NCBI RefSeq assembly: GCF_003018255.1
Contig: NZ_CP027440.1
Source of the DNA: Escherichia coli
GTDB lineage: Bacteria; Pseudomonadota; Gammaproteobacteria; Enterobacterales; Enterobacteriaceae
Reading direction: 5' to 3' (one strand)
Length of the DNA stretch: 64,000 bases
Made by a program: the position numbers and the translations under genes
Shown: in pieces, positions 40,302 to 53,524 of the stretch
Layout: each line of letters begins with the position of its first letter
Numbering within the stretch: position 1 is the stretch's first letter
The notes under the pieces: model-generated
Databases searched by the model: none
What the model was told of the DNA's origin: nothing
Seen by the model: only the letters and a program-made list of their open reading frames with translations

Positions 40302-41225
40302 GTGAAAAAATTACGTATCGGCGTAGTGGGATTAGGCGGCATTGCGCAAAAAGCGTGGTTACCGGTGCTGGCGGCAGCGTCTGACTGGATGTTACAAGGA
40401 GCCTGGTCGCCTACGCGCGCGAAAGCCCTGCCAATTTGTGAAAGCTGGCGCATTCCTTATGCCGATTCGTTATCCAGCCTTGCCGCCAGTTGCGATGCGG
40501 TTTTTGTGCATTCCAGCACCGCCAGCCACTTTGACGTGGTCAGTACGTTACTCAATGCGGGGGTACATGTCTGTGTCGATAAACCGCTGGCAGAAAATCT
40601 GCGCGATGCTGAACGGTTGGTGGAACTGGCGGCGCGGAAAAAACTGACGTTGATGGTCGGTTTTAACCGTCGTTTCGCACCACTCTACGGAGAGTTAAAA
40701 ACGCAACTCGCCCCCGCAGCCTCGCTAAGAATGGATAAACATCGTAGCAATAGCGTCGGGCCACACGATCTTTATTTCACGTTGCTGGATGATTATTTGC
40801 ATGTGGTGGATACCGCGCTGTGGTTGTCGGGCGGCAAAGCTTCTCTGGATGGCGGTACGCTACTGACTAACGACGCTGGCGAAATGCTGTTTGCCGAGCA
40901 CCATTTTTCGGCCGGTCCTTTGCAGATCACCACCTGTATGCATCGCCGTGCCGGAAGTCAGCGTGAAACCGTGCAGGCCGTGACTGACGGTGCGCTCATC
41001 GACATTACGGATATGCGCGAATGGCGTGAGGAGCGCGGGCAGGGCGTAGTGCATAAACCGATTCCTGGTTGGCAGAGTACGCTTGAGCAACGTGGATTTG
41101 TCGGCTGTGCGCGGCACTTCATTGAATGCGTGCAAAATCAGACAGTTCCGCAAACCGCCGGCGAACAGGCAGTGCTGGCGCAACGTATCGTTGACAAGAT
41201 CTGGCGCGATGCGATGAGTGAATAA
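40302..41225 (+). CDS. yceM: Gfo/Idh/MocA-family oxidoreductase YceM (MviM)
   Basis: GTG start at 40302 giving 307 aa (MKKLRIGVVGLGGIAQKAW...) with Rossmann GxGxxG. Confidence 0.88.
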   Translation: MKKLRIGVVGLGGIAQKAWLPVLAAASDWMLQGAWSPTRAKALPICESWRIPYADSLSSLAASCDAVFVHSSTASHFDVVSTLLNAGVHVCVDKPLAENLRDAERLVELAARKKLTLMVGFNRRFAPLYGELKTQLAPAASLRMDKHRSNSVGPHDLYFTLLDDYLHVVDTALWLSGGKASLDGGTLLTNDAGEMLFAEHHFSAGPLQITTCMHRRAGSQRETVQAVTDGALIDITDMREWREERGQGVVHKPIPGWQSTLEQRGFVGCARHFIECVQNQTVPQTAGEQAVLAQRIVDKIWRDAMSE

Positions 41226-41247
41226 ACCCTGTAACATCTGGCGGTAG

Positions 41248-42870
<1,623 letters not shown>

Positions 42871-42879
42871 AAAGGCATT

Positions 42880-42900
42880 CCGGCCTGCAGTGCAGGCCGG
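42880..42900. terminator. Palindromic hairpin between convergent murJ and flgN
   Basis: CCGGCCTGCAGTGCAGGCCGG perfect inverted repeat in the 39-bp convergent gap. Confidence 0.4.
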
Positions 42901-42909
42901 AGATAATCT

Positions 42910-43326
42910 TCAGATCGAAATCTTTTTACTGCCGCGATGGGTTGTTGAGGTCTGACCGTTCGCTCCATATAGCGTCGGTTCCTGATGCGGTTTCAACATT
43001 TCCAGCGCCTGTTGATTGCGCTCAATCTGTCCTTCCAGTAACCAGCCGTTATGTTGATTCATTTGGCGTAGTTGCTGCGTTTTCACAGTAATTTCCTGCC
43101 AGCGTTGACTAATATCAACGCTATTTGCTGCATTGGGTTCTTTCCTGCGTAACTGTTCGAGGTAATCCAGCGTCGCCAGCAGAGAGCTTTTTTGTTCTGT
43201 AATCCATTGCAACTGGCTGCCGTTGATCTGCCCCATAGAGAGATGTTGCTGCTCTTGATCCATTACCGTTTTGAGATCGTTAAGCACAGCGGACATCTGG
43301 TCGAGGATCTCTGCAAGACGCGTCAT
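42910..43326 (-). CDS. flgN: Flagellar export chaperone FlgN
   Basis: 138-aa ORF downstream of flgM. Confidence 0.93.
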   Translation of the reverse strand: MTRLAEILDQMSAVLNDLKTVMDQEQQHLSMGQINGSQLQWITEQKSSLLATLDYLEQLRRKEPNAANSVDISQRWQEITVKTQQLRQMNQHNGWLLEGQIERNQQALEMLKPHQEPTLYGANGQTSTTHRGSKKISI

Positions 43327-43330
43327 ACGA

Positions 43331-43624
43331 TCAGTTACTCTGCAAGTCTTGCTGCGCTTCGTTGATCAGCGCATCGGCAATTTTGCCGGTGTCCATTTTT
43401 AGTTCACCGTTACGAATCGCTAGTTTTAACGCTTCGACACGTTCAAGATTGATATCACTGCTGCCGGGTTGCATCAGTTTTGCTTGCGCGTCGCTTAACG
43501 TCACACTGGTGCTGGTGGAGGCGGTTGTTTTTGCCGCCCGGGTGTTCGTTACCGGCGCGTCAGTGGTTTCGCGCGGTTGAACGGTGCTTACGGGCTTCAG
43601 AGGCGAAGTGCGATCAATACTCAT
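43331..43624 (-). CDS. flgM: Anti-sigma-28 factor FlgM
   Basis: 97-aa ORF ([22 protein letters not shown]...). Confidence 0.95.
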   Translation of the reverse strand: MSIDRTSPLKPVSTVQPRETTDAPVTNTRAAKTTASTSTSVTLSDAQAKLMQPGSSDINLERVEALKLAIRNGELKMDTGKIADALINEAQQDLQSN

Positions 43625-43667
43625 GGTTTATTCCTCATTGAGGGCGCTTTTATCATGTGTTGCTTAT

Positions 43668-43694
43668 TTATCGGCAAGGGACGGGTAATCTTTA
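43668..43694 (-). promoter_or_regulatory. Sigma28 (FliA) class 3 promoter for flgMN
   Basis: Minus strand reads TAAAGATT - 11 nt - GCCGATAA, matching the sigma28 consensus TAAAGTTT-N11-GCCGATAA, in the flgA-flgM gap. Confidence 0.65.
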
Positions 43695-43699
43695 ACAGC

Positions 43700-44359
43700 T
43701 TACAGGTTTATAAGAATATTCCCATCTGCATCAACAACGCCGCTGACCACTTGTCCCGATACCATGCGCACCCGCGCATTCTGTGCGACGGCAGCATTGT
43801 TCAGCGCCTGACCTTCTGCGTTGGCGCTAAACCCATCACCGCTGGCGATCACGTTGACGCGTTGTCCCGCTTTTACCCGCCATGCCTGGCGAAACTGGGT
43901 TAACTGGATAGGTTGATCGGGTGATAGATCGCGCAGGCTAACGGCATCAACAAGTTGATTGATATCCAGCACCGTACGCGGTGGCAAGGTGTCCAGCCGT
44001 CCGCGTTTCAGTTTGACATTGCCAGCTTCCAGCTTTCCTCCCCGCACAATGGGCATTGCGGCAACCACATAATTTCCTGTGGCCTGCACATTAACCTGTA
44101 AATATCGTTTGTCGTTACCGCAGCGTGCCAACACATTCACATTGCCCCACAGGCGGGAATTATTGCTCATCGAAAGCAATGGCTGCTCGCACGGCGGTAG
44201 TAGATTGGGCGCTGTACGAATAGAAACACGAACCTCATCACTTACCCCCGCGAGCTGGGCGCTAAAAAAGGTGTGCAATTGCGATGTGAGATTGCTCGCC
44301 GCACTTAACGGACTGAACAGTATCGCGATGATCGCCACGCTACGTTTTATTGCCAGCAT
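43700..44359 (-). CDS. flgA: Flagellar P-ring assembly chaperone FlgA
   Basis: 219-aa ORF with signal peptide, divergent from flgB. Confidence 0.93.
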   Translation of the reverse strand: MLAIKRSVAIIAILFSPLSAASNLTSQLHTFFSAQLAGVSDEVRVSIRTAPNLLPPCEQPLLSMSNNSRLWGNVNVLARCGNDKRYLQVNVQATGNYVVAAMPIVRGGKLEAGNVKLKRGRLDTLPPRTVLDINQLVDAVSLRDLSPDQPIQLTQFRQAWRVKAGQRVNVIASGDGFSANAEGQALNNAAVAQNARVRMVSGQVVSGVVDADGNILINL

Positions 44360-44513
44360 TTTCGCCCCCTGCCATTTCTACAACGTGAATTGTACCTGTC
44401 CGCAATGACCATCAACGGCATAAATAGCGACCCATTTTGCGTTTATTCCGCCGATAACGCGCGCGTAAAGGCATTTAAGCTGATGGCAGAATTTTGATAC
44501 CTGCGGAGGAGAT
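44360..44513. promoter_or_regulatory. flgA / flgB divergent class 2 flagellar promoter region (FlhDC-dependent)
   Basis: 154-bp divergent intergenic region between flgA and flgB; assignment from known flagellar regulon architecture. Confidence 0.5.
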
Positions 44514-44930
44514 ATGCTCGATAAGCTCGACGCCGCCTTACGTTTTCAACAAGAGGCGCTCAATCTGCGCGCCCAGCGTCAGGAAGTGCTGGCAGCAAAC
44601 ATCGCCAATGCCGATACCCCTGGTTATCAGGCGCGCGATATCGATTTTGCCAGTGAACTTAAAAAAGTCATGCAACGTGGACGGGATGCAACCAGTGTGG
44701 TTGCACTGACGATGACCTCAACGCAACACATTCCGGCGCAGGCGCTGACGCCTCCTACCGCAGAACTGCAATACCGTATTCCGGACCAGCCTTCGCTTGA
44801 CGGTAATACCGTCGATATGGATCGCGAACGCACCCAGTTTGCCGATAACAGCCTGCAATACCAGATGAGCCTTAGCGCGTTGAGCGGGCAAATCAAAGGC
44901 ATGATGAACGTTTTACAGAGCGGAAATTAA
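44514..44930 (+). CDS. flgB: Flagellar proximal rod protein FlgB
   Basis: 138-aa ORF; rod-protein N-terminal motif ([11 protein letters not shown]). Confidence 0.95.
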
Positions 44931-44933
44931 CGG

Positions 44934-45338
44934 ATGGCACTGCTGAATATTTTTGATATCGCCGGGTCGGCGTTAACTGCCCAGTCCCAGCGCCTGAACG
45001 TGGCGGCCAGTAATCTGGCGAATGCTGATAGCGTGACCGGTCCCGATGGACAGCCATATCGGGCAAAACAGGTGGTATTCCAGGTTAACGCTGCACCAGG
45101 TGCTGCGACAGGCGGCGTAAAGGTTGCCGATGTTATAGAAAGTCAGGCCCCGGACAAACTGGTTTATGAACCGGGTAATCCGCTGGCGGATGCAAAGGGC
45201 TACGTGAAAATGCCAAACGTTGATGTCGTCGGGGAGATGGTTAACACCATGTCGGCGTCACGCAGCTATCAGGCCAATGTTGAAGTGCTCAACACGGTGA
45301 AAAGCATGATGCTGAAAACCCTTACGCTCGGTCAATAA
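44934..45338 (+). CDS. flgC: Flagellar proximal rod protein FlgC
   Basis: 134-aa ORF; SNLANADS motif. Confidence 0.95.
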
Positions 45339-45349
45339 AGGAGAAAGCT

Positions 45350-46045
45350 ATGTCCATTGCGGTAACCACCACCGATCCGACAAATACCGGCGTTAGTACC
45401 ACCAGCAGTAGTTCGCTCACGGGCAGCAACGCCGCAGATTTACAAAGCAGTTTTCTGACTTTGTTGGTGGCGCAGCTGAAAAACCAGGACCCGACCAATC
45501 CAATGGAAAACAACGAGCTGACGTCGCAATTGGCTCAAATCAGCACGGTCAGCGGGATTGAAAAACTCAATACCACGCTCGGATCTATTTCCGGACAGAT
45601 TGATAACAGCCAGTCGTTACAGGCCAGTAACCTGATCGGTCACGGCGTGATGATCCCCGGCACCACTGTTCTTGCGGGAACCGGCAGTGAAGAAGGGGCT
45701 GTGACCACGACCACGCCGTTTGGTGTTGAGCTGCAACAGGCGGCAGACAAAGTTACGGCCACCATCACCGATAAAAATGGCGCGGTTGTGCGCACCATTG
45801 ATATTGGTGAACTGACCGCCGGAGTCCACAGTTTCACCTGGGACGGTACGTTGACTGACGGCACCACTGCGCCGAACGGTTCTTACAACGTAGCGATTAG
45901 CGCCAGTAACGGTGGTACACAACTGGTTGCCCAGCCGCTGCAGTTTGCTCTGGTGCAGGGTGTGATCCGCGGCAACAACGGTAATACGCTGGATCTCGGC
46001 ACTTACGGCACCACCACCCTCGACGAAGTACGGCAGATAATTTAA
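45350..46045 (+). CDS. flgD: Flagellar hook capping protein FlgD
   Basis: 231-aa ORF following flgC. Confidence 0.95.
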   Translation: MSIAVTTTDPTNTGVSTTSSSSLTGSNAADLQSSFLTLLVAQLKNQDPTNPMENNELTSQLAQISTVSGIEKLNTTLGSISGQIDNSQSLQASNLIGHGVMIPGTTVLAGTGSEEGAVTTTTPFGVELQQAADKVTATITDKNGAVVRTIDIGELTAGVHSFTWDGTLTDGTTAPNGSYNVAISASNGGTQLVAQPLQFALVQGVIRGNNGNTLDLGTYGTTTLDEVRQII

Positions 46046-46069
46046 GCCTTCACATTTCAGGAGTCAGTC

Positions 46070-47275
46070 ATGGCCTTTTCTCAAGCGGTTAGCGGATTAA
46101 ACGCTGCCGCCACCAACCTCGATGTTATTGGCAACAATATCGCCAACTCCGCCACCTACGGCTTTAAATCAGGCACGGCCTCTTTTGCCGATATGTTTGC
46201 CGGTTCGAAAGTGGGACTGGGGGTAAAAGTTGCTGGTATCACTCAGGACTTTACCGATGGCACGACCACCAACACCGGGCGAGGTCTGGACGTTGCTATC
46301 AGCCAGAACGGTTTTTTCCGTCTGGTAGACAGCAACGGTTCGGTGTTCTACAGCCGTAACGGACAATTTAAGCTGGATGAAAACCGTAACCTGGTGAATA
46401 TGCAAGGTTTACAGCTGACGGGTTACCCGGCAACCGGTACGCCGCCGACTATTCAGCAAGGGGCGAATCCGACCAATATTTCGATTCCGAATACCCTGAT
46501 GGCAGCGAAAACTACCACCACGGCGTCGATGCAGATCAACCTGAATTCCAGTGATCCGCTTCCCTCTGTTAACGCATTTGATGCTAGCAATGCGGATAGC
46601 TATAACAAAAAAGGTTCGGTGACTGTTTTCGATAGTCAGGGTAATGCTCATGACATGAGCGTCTACTTTGTGAAGACCGGGGATAATAACTGGCAGGTCT
46701 ACACCCAGGATAGCAGTGATCCAACAGGTACAGCTGAGCCTGCAATGACGCTGGTGTTTAATGCCAATGGCGTTCTGACCTCAGATCCAACAGCGAATAT
46801 TTCCACTGGCGCAATTAACGGTGCAGAACCCGCCACGTTTAGCCTGAGCTTCCTCAACTCCATGCAGCAAAATACCGGCGCTAACAACATAGTGGCAACC
46901 ACCCAGAACGGCTACAAACCGGGCGATCTGGTGAGTTATCAAATCAATGATGACGGTACGGTTGTCGGCAACTATTCCAACGAACAAACCCAACTGCTGG
47001 GGCAGATTGTACTGGCGAACTTTGCCAACAACGAAGGTCTGGCATCCGAAGGCGACAACGTCTGGTCTGCGACGCAATCTTCTGGCGTGGCGCTGTTGGG
47101 GACAGCCGGGACGGGCAACTTTGGCACCCTGACCAACGGTGCGCTGGAAGCGTCCAACGTCGATCTCAGTAAAGAACTGGTCAATATGATCGTTGCTCAG
47201 CGTAACTATCAGTCTAACGCCCAGACCATCAAAACCCAGGACCAGATCCTCAACACGCTGGTTAACTTACGCTAA
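46070..47275 (+). CDS. flgE: Flagellar hook protein FlgE
   Basis: 401-aa ORF (MAFSQAVSGLNAAATNLDVIGNNIANSAT...). Confidence 0.95.
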   Translation: MAFSQAVSGLNAAATNLDVIGNNIANSATYGFKSGTASFADMFAGSKVGLGVKVAGITQDFTDGTTTNTGRGLDVAISQNGFFRLVDSNGSVFYSRNGQFKLDENRNLVNMQGLQLTGYPATGTPPTIQQGANPTNISIPNTLMAAKTTTTASMQINLNSSDPLPSVNAFDASNADSYNKKGSVTVFDSQGNAHDMSVYFVKTGDNNWQVYTQDSSDPTGTAEPAMTLVFNANGVLTSDPTANISTGAINGAEPATFSLSFLNSMQQNTGANNIVATTQNGYKPGDLVSYQINDDGTVVGNYSNEQTQLLGQIVLANFANNEGLASEGDNVWSATQSSGVALLGTAGTGNFGTLTNGALEASNVDLSKELVNMIVAQRNYQSNAQTIKTQDQILNTLVNLR

Positions 47276-47294
47276 TCGCTGACGGGATAGCTCA

Positions 47295-48050
47295 ATGGAT
47301 CACGCAATTTATACCGCGATGGGAGCAGCCAGCCAGACGTTGAATCAACAGGCGGTAACCGCCAGTAATCTGGCCAATGCCTCAACGCCCGGTTTTCGCG
47401 CGCAGTTAAACGCCTTGCGCGCAGTGCCGGTGGAAGGGCTTTCACTGCCTACGCGCACGCTGGTAACGGCGTCAACGCCGGGTGCAGACATGACGCCCGG
47501 CAAGATGGATTACACCTCGCGCCCGCTGGACGTTGCGTTGCAGCAGGATGGCTGGCTGGCCGTGCAGACCGCTGACGGTAGCGAAGGGTATACGCGTAAT
47601 GGCAGCATTCAGGTTGATCCCACCGGGCAACTGACAATTCAGGGACATCCGGTGATAGGCGAGGCTGGGCCAATTGCTGTGCCGGAAGGGGCGGAAATCA
47701 CTATTGCTGCCGATGGCACAATCTCGGCGCTGAATCCGGGCGATCCGGCAAATACGGTTGCGCCAGTGGGGCGTCTGAAACTGGTGAAAGCCACGGGCAG
47801 CGAAGTCCAGCGCGGTGACGACGGCATTTTTCGTTTAAGCGCAGAAACCCAGACCACGCGTGGGCCGGTACTGCAGGCAGATCCAACCTTGCGTGTGATG
47901 TCGGGTGTTCTGGAAGGCAGTAACGTCAATGCCGTTGCGGCAATGAGCGACATGATTGCCAGCGCGCGGCGTTTTGAAATGCAGATGAAGGTGATCAGCA
48001 GCGTCGATGATAACGCAGGCCGAGCCAACCAACTGCTGTCGATGAGTTAA
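47295..48050 (+). CDS. flgF: Flagellar proximal rod protein FlgF
   Basis: 251-aa ORF. Confidence 0.95.
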   Translation: MDHAIYTAMGAASQTLNQQAVTASNLANASTPGFRAQLNALRAVPVEGLSLPTRTLVTASTPGADMTPGKMDYTSRPLDVALQQDGWLAVQTADGSEGYTRNGSIQVDPTGQLTIQGHPVIGEAGPIAVPEGAEITIAADGTISALNPGDPANTVAPVGRLKLVKATGSEVQRGDDGIFRLSAETQTTRGPVLQADPTLRVMSGVLEGSNVNAVAAMSDMIASARRFEMQMKVISSVDDNAGRANQLLSMS

Positions 48051-48076
48051 TTGAAAGGATACATGACAAGTATAAG

Positions 48077-48178
<102 letters not shown>

Positions 48179-48202
48179 AAGACAGATGCACTTTGTCACT
48201 AA

Positions 48203-49003
<801 letters not shown>

Positions 49004-49055
49004 GGCATAACCGGTGGCAGATTCACCGGTTTACTGATTTTTGAAGATGATAGCC

Positions 49056-49754
49056 ATGCAAAAAAACGCTGCGCATACTTATGCCATTTCCAGCTTGTTG
49101 GTGCTTTCACTAACCGGCTGCGCCTGGATACCCTCCACGCCGCTGGTACAGGGGGCGACCAGTGCACAACCGGTTCCCGGTCCGACGCCCGTCGCCAACG
49201 GTTCTATTTTCCAGTCTGCTCAGCCGATTAACTATGGCTATCAACCGCTGTTTGAAGATCGTCGACCACGCAATATTGGCGATACGCTGACCATCGTGTT
49301 GCAGGAGAACGTCAGCGCCAGCAAAAGCTCCTCTGCGAATGCCAGCCGTGACGGTAAAACTAATTTTGGCTTTGATACTGTGCCGCGCTATTTGCAGGGG
49401 CTGTTTGGTAACGCTCGTGCCGATGTCGAAGCCTCCGGTGGTAACACGTTCAACGGAAAAGGCGGGGCCAATGCCAGTAATACCTTTAGCGGCACGTTGA
49501 CGGTGACGGTTGACCAGGTACTGGTTAACGGCAACCTGCATGTGGTGGGTGAAAAACAGATCGCCATTAATCAGGGTACCGAATTTATTCGCTTCTCTGG
49601 CGTGGTTAATCCACGCACTATCAGCGGCAGCAATACCGTACCGTCTACTCAGGTGGCGGATGCGCGCATTGAATACGTAGGCAATGGCTACATTAACGAA
49701 GCGCAAAATATGGGCTGGTTGCAGCGTTTCTTTCTTAACCTGTCTCCAATGTAA
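49056..49754 (+). CDS. flgH: Flagellar L-ring lipoprotein FlgH
   Basis: 232-aa product from ATG 49056 ([22 protein letters not shown]...) with lipobox. Confidence 0.93.
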
Positions 49755-49765
49755 GTGAGGCTGTG

Positions 49766-50863
49766 GTGATTAAATTTCTCTCTGCATTAATTCTTCTACT
49801 GGTTACGACGGCGGCTCAGGCTGAGCGTATTCGCGATCTCACCAGTGTTCAGGGGGTAAGGCAAAACTCACTGATTGGCTATGGCCTGGTGGTGGGGCTG
49901 GATGGAACTGGTGACCAGACAACTCAGACGCCGTTTACCACACAAACGCTTAATAACATGCTCTCACAGCTGGGAATTACCGTTCCGACGGGCACTAATA
50001 TGCAGCTAAAAAACGTCGCTGCGGTTATGGTGACAGCGTCACTTCCACCGTTTGGACGTCAGGGGCAAACCATTGACGTGGTGGTTTCTTCCATGGGAAA
50101 TGCCAAAAGTCTGCGTGGCGGTACGTTATTGATGACACCGCTTAAGGGCGTTGACAGTCAGGTGTATGCGCTGGCGCAGGGCAATATTCTGGTTGGCGGC
50201 GCAGGGGCCTCCGCTGGCGGTAGCAGTGTTCAGGTGAACCAACTGAACGGTGGACGGATCACCAATGGTGCGGTTATTGAACGTGAATTGCCCAGCCAGT
50301 TTGGCGTCGGGAATACCCTTAATTTGCAACTTAACGACGAAGATTTCAGCATGGCACAGCAAATCGCTGACACCATCAACCGAGTGCGTGGATATGGCAG
50401 CGCCACCGCGTTGGATGCGCGGACTATTCAGGTGCGCGTACCGAGTGGCAACAGTTCCCAGGTCCGTTTCCTTGCCGATATCCAGAATATGCAGGTTAAT
50501 GTTACCCCGCAGGACGCTAAAGTAGTGATTAACTCGCGCACCGGTTCGGTGGTGATGAATCGCGAAGTGACCCTCGACAGCTGCGCGGTAGCGCAGGGAA
50601 ATCTCTCAGTAACAGTTAATCGCCAGGCCAATGTCAGCCAGCCAGATACACCGTTTGGTGGTGGACAGACTGTGGTTACTCCACAAACGCAGATCGATTT
50701 ACGCCAGAGCGGCGGTTCGCTGCAAAGCGTACGTTCCAGCGCCAGCCTCAATAACGTGGTGCGTGCGCTCAATGCGCTGGGCGCTACGCCGATGGATCTG
50801 ATGTCTATTTTGCAATCAATGCAAAGTGCGGGATGTCTGCGGGCAAAACTGGAAATCATCTGA
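49766..50863 (+). CDS. flgI: Flagellar P-ring protein FlgI
   Basis: 365-aa product from GTG 49766 ([19 protein letters not shown]...) with signal peptide. Confidence 0.93.
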
Positions 50864-51804
50864 TGATCAGCGACAGCAAACTACTGGCAAGTGCGGCCTG
50901 GGATGCACAATCGCTCAACGAACTTAAGGCGAAAGCGGGCGAAGATCCGGCGGCAAATATCCGTCCGGTGGCCCGCCAGGTGGAAGGGATGTTCGTGCAG
51001 ATGATGTTGAAAAGCATGCGCGACGCTTTACCAAAAGATGGCCTGTTCAGCAGCGAGCACACTCGCCTGTATACCAGTATGTATGACCAGCAGATTGCCC
51101 AACAGATGACGGCGGGCAAAGGTCTGGGGCTGGCAGAGATGATGGTTAAACAGATGACGCCAGAACAACCATTGCCAGAGGAGTCCACGCCAGCAGCACC
51201 GATGAAATTCCCGCTCGAAACCGTGGTGCGTTATCAAAATCAGACGCTTTCGCAGCTGGTGCAAAAGGCCGTACCACGTAACTACGATGATTCGCTGCCG
51301 GGTGACAGTAAAGCATTCCTCGCGCAACTCTCGTTGCCCGCCCAACTGGCAAGCCAGCAAAGCGGTGTGCCACATCATTTGATCCTCGCTCAGGCGGCGC
51401 TGGAATCTGGCTGGGGACAACGGCAAATCCGCCGTGAAAACGGCGAGCCGAGCTATAACCTGTTTGGCGTCAAAGCCTCTGGCAACTGGAAAGGGCCAGT
51501 CACTGAAATCACCACGACTGAATATGAAAATGGCGAAGCGAAGAAAGTAAAAGCGAAGTTTCGGGTCTACAGCTCGTATCTGGAAGCATTGTCGGATTAC
51601 GTTGGGCTGTTAACGCGTAACCCGCGCTACGCCGCCGTGACGACCGCCGCGAGTGCGGAGCAGGGGGCGCAGGCCCTACAGGACGCGGGCTATGCCACCG
51701 ATCCTCACTATGCCCGCAAACTCACCAGCATGATTCAGCAGATGAAATCGATAAGCGACAAGGTGAGCAAAACCTACAGCATGAACATTGATAATCTGTT
51801 CTGA
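50863..51804 (+). CDS. flgJ: Flagellar rod assembly protein / peptidoglycan hydrolase FlgJ
   Basis: 313-aa product; start ATG overlaps the flgI stop (TGATG); C-terminal glucosaminidase domain. Confidence 0.93.
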   Translation: MISDSKLLASAAWDAQSLNELKAKAGEDPAANIRPVARQVEGMFVQMMLKSMRDALPKDGLFSSEHTRLYTSMYDQQIAQQMTAGKGLGLAEMMVKQMTPEQPLPEESTPAAPMKFPLETVVRYQNQTLSQLVQKAVPRNYDDSLPGDSKAFLAQLSLPAQLASQQSGVPHHLILAQAALESGWGQRQIRRENGEPSYNLFGVKASGNWKGPVTEITTTEYENGEAKKVKAKFRVYSSYLEALSDYVGLLTRNPRYAAVTTAASAEQGAQALQDAGYATDPHYARKLTSMIQQMKSISDKVSKTYSMNIDNLF

Positions 51805-51809
51805 ATAAC

Positions 51810-51836
51810 TCAAGTCCGGCGGGGCGCTGCCGATAA
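51810..51836 (+). promoter_or_regulatory. Possible sigma28 promoter for flgKL
   Basis: TCAAGTCC - 11 nt - GCCGATAA; the -10 element matches sigma28 consensus exactly, the -35 only partly. Confidence 0.35.
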
Positions 51837-51869
51837 TACTCTGTAATTGAAGGCTTATAAGGAACCTCC

Positions 51870-53513
51870 ATGTCCAGCTTGATCAATAACGCCATGAGCG
51901 GACTGAACGCGGCCCAGGCGGCGTTAAATACGGCAAGTAATAATATCTCCAGCTATAACGTTGCCGGATATACCCGCCAAACCACTATTATGGCGCAGGC
52001 CAATAGCACGTTGGGCGCTGGCGGCTGGGTTGGCAATGGCGTCTACGTTTCTGGTGTGCAGCGTGAGTATGATGCGTTTATTACCAACCAGTTACGTGCT
52101 GCGCAGACGCAAAGTAGCGGCCTGACCGCCCGCTATGAGCAGATGTCGAAAATCGACAATATGCTCTCCACCAGTACCTCTTCGCTGGCAACACAGATGC
52201 AGGATTTCTTCACCAGCCTGCAAACGCTGGTGAGTAACGCGGAAGATCCGGCAGCGCGCCAGGCGCTGATTGGGAAATCAGAAGGGTTGGTGAATCAGTT
52301 TAAAACCACCGATCAATATCTGCGCGACCAGGACAAACAGGTCAATATCGCGATAGGTGCCAGCGTTGATCAGATCAACAATTACGCTAAACAAATCGCC
52401 AGCCTGAACGATCAAATCTCCCGCCTGACAGGCGTGGGGGCAGGGGCGTCACCTAACAATCTGCTGGATCAACGCGATCAACTGGTGAGCGAATTAAACC
52501 AGATTGTTGGTGTAGAAGTCAGCGTTCAGGATGGTGGCACTTATAACATCACGATGGCCAATGGTTACTCACTGGTTCAGGGAAGTACGGCTCGGCAACT
52601 GGCGGCAGTTCCTTCCAGCGCTGACCCTTCTCGTACGACTGTCGCTTATGTTGATGGGACGGCAGGCAATATTGAGATCCCGGAGAAATTACTGAATACC
52701 GGGTCGCTGGGCGGCATTCTGACATTCCGTTCTCAGGATCTGGACCAGACGCGTAATACGCTTGGACAACTGGCGCTGGCATTTGCCGAGGCTTTCAACA
52801 CCCAACACAAAGCCGGATTTGATGCTAACGGCGATGCCGGTGAAGATTTCTTTGCTATCGGTAAGCCCGCGGTTCTGCAAAACACGAAAAACAAAGGTGA
52901 CGTTGCGATCGGTGCAACGGTAACTGATGCCTCCGCGGTACTGGCGACAGATTACAAAATCTCGTTCGATAATAATCAGTGGCAGGTCACCCGCCTTGCC
53001 AGTAATACCACTTTTACGGTGACGCCGGATGCCAGCGGTAAAGTGGCATTTGATGGTCTGGAGTTGACGTTTACAGGAACGCCTGCCGTTAACGACAGCT
53101 TCACGCTGAAACCGGTAAGTGACGCCATCGTCAACATGGATGTATTAATCACCGACGAAGCGAAAATCGCCATGGCGAGCGCAGAAGATACAGGTGATAG
53201 CGACAACCGCAACGGTCAGGCCCTGCTCGATCTGCAAAGCAACAGTAAAACGGTGGGCGGTGCGAAATCCTTTAACGACGCTTATGCCTCGTTAGTGAGT
53301 GATATCGGTAATAAAACCGCGACGTTGAAAACCAGTAGCACCACGCAAGGTAATGTGGTGACGCAGCTTTCCAATCAGCAGCAGTCGATTTCCGGTGTCA
53401 ATCTCGATGAGGAGTACGGAAATCTGCAACGTTTTCAGCAGTATTACCTGGCGAATGCGCAGGTTCTGCAGACGGCAAACGCGATTTTTGATGCGCTGAT
53501 TAACATTCGCTAA
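51870..53513 (+). CDS. flgK: Flagellar hook-associated protein 1 FlgK
   Basis: 547-aa ORF. Confidence 0.95.
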   Translation: MSSLINNAMSGLNAAQAALNTASNNISSYNVAGYTRQTTIMAQANSTLGAGGWVGNGVYVSGVQREYDAFITNQLRAAQTQSSGLTARYEQMSKIDNMLSTSTSSLATQMQDFFTSLQTLVSNAEDPAARQALIGKSEGLVNQFKTTDQYLRDQDKQVNIAIGASVDQINNYAKQIASLNDQISRLTGVGAGASPNNLLDQRDQLVSELNQIVGVEVSVQDGGTYNITMANGYSLVQGSTARQLAAVPSSADPSRTTVAYVDGTAGNIEIPEKLLNTGSLGGILTFRSQDLDQTRNTLGQLALAFAEAFNTQHKAGFDANGDAGEDFFAIGKPAVLQNTKNKGDVAIGATVTDASAVLATDYKISFDNNQWQVTRLASNTTFTVTPDASGKVAFDGLELTFTGTPAVNDSFTLKPVSDAIVNMDVLITDEAKIAMASAEDTGDSDNRNGQALLDLQSNSKTVGGAKSFNDAYASLVSDIGNKTATLKTSSTTQGNVVTQLSNQQQSISGVNLDEEYGNLQRFQQYYLANAQVLQTANAIFDALINIR

Positions 53514-53524
53514 GGGGAGATAAG

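Noticed and set aside
45350-47275. Repetitive Thr/Gly/Asn-rich stretches in flgD and flgE and internal ORFs on both strands
   Set aside because: Normal low-complexity composition of flagellar hook proteins; the internal and antisense ORFs in 45617..47184 are shadow frames.
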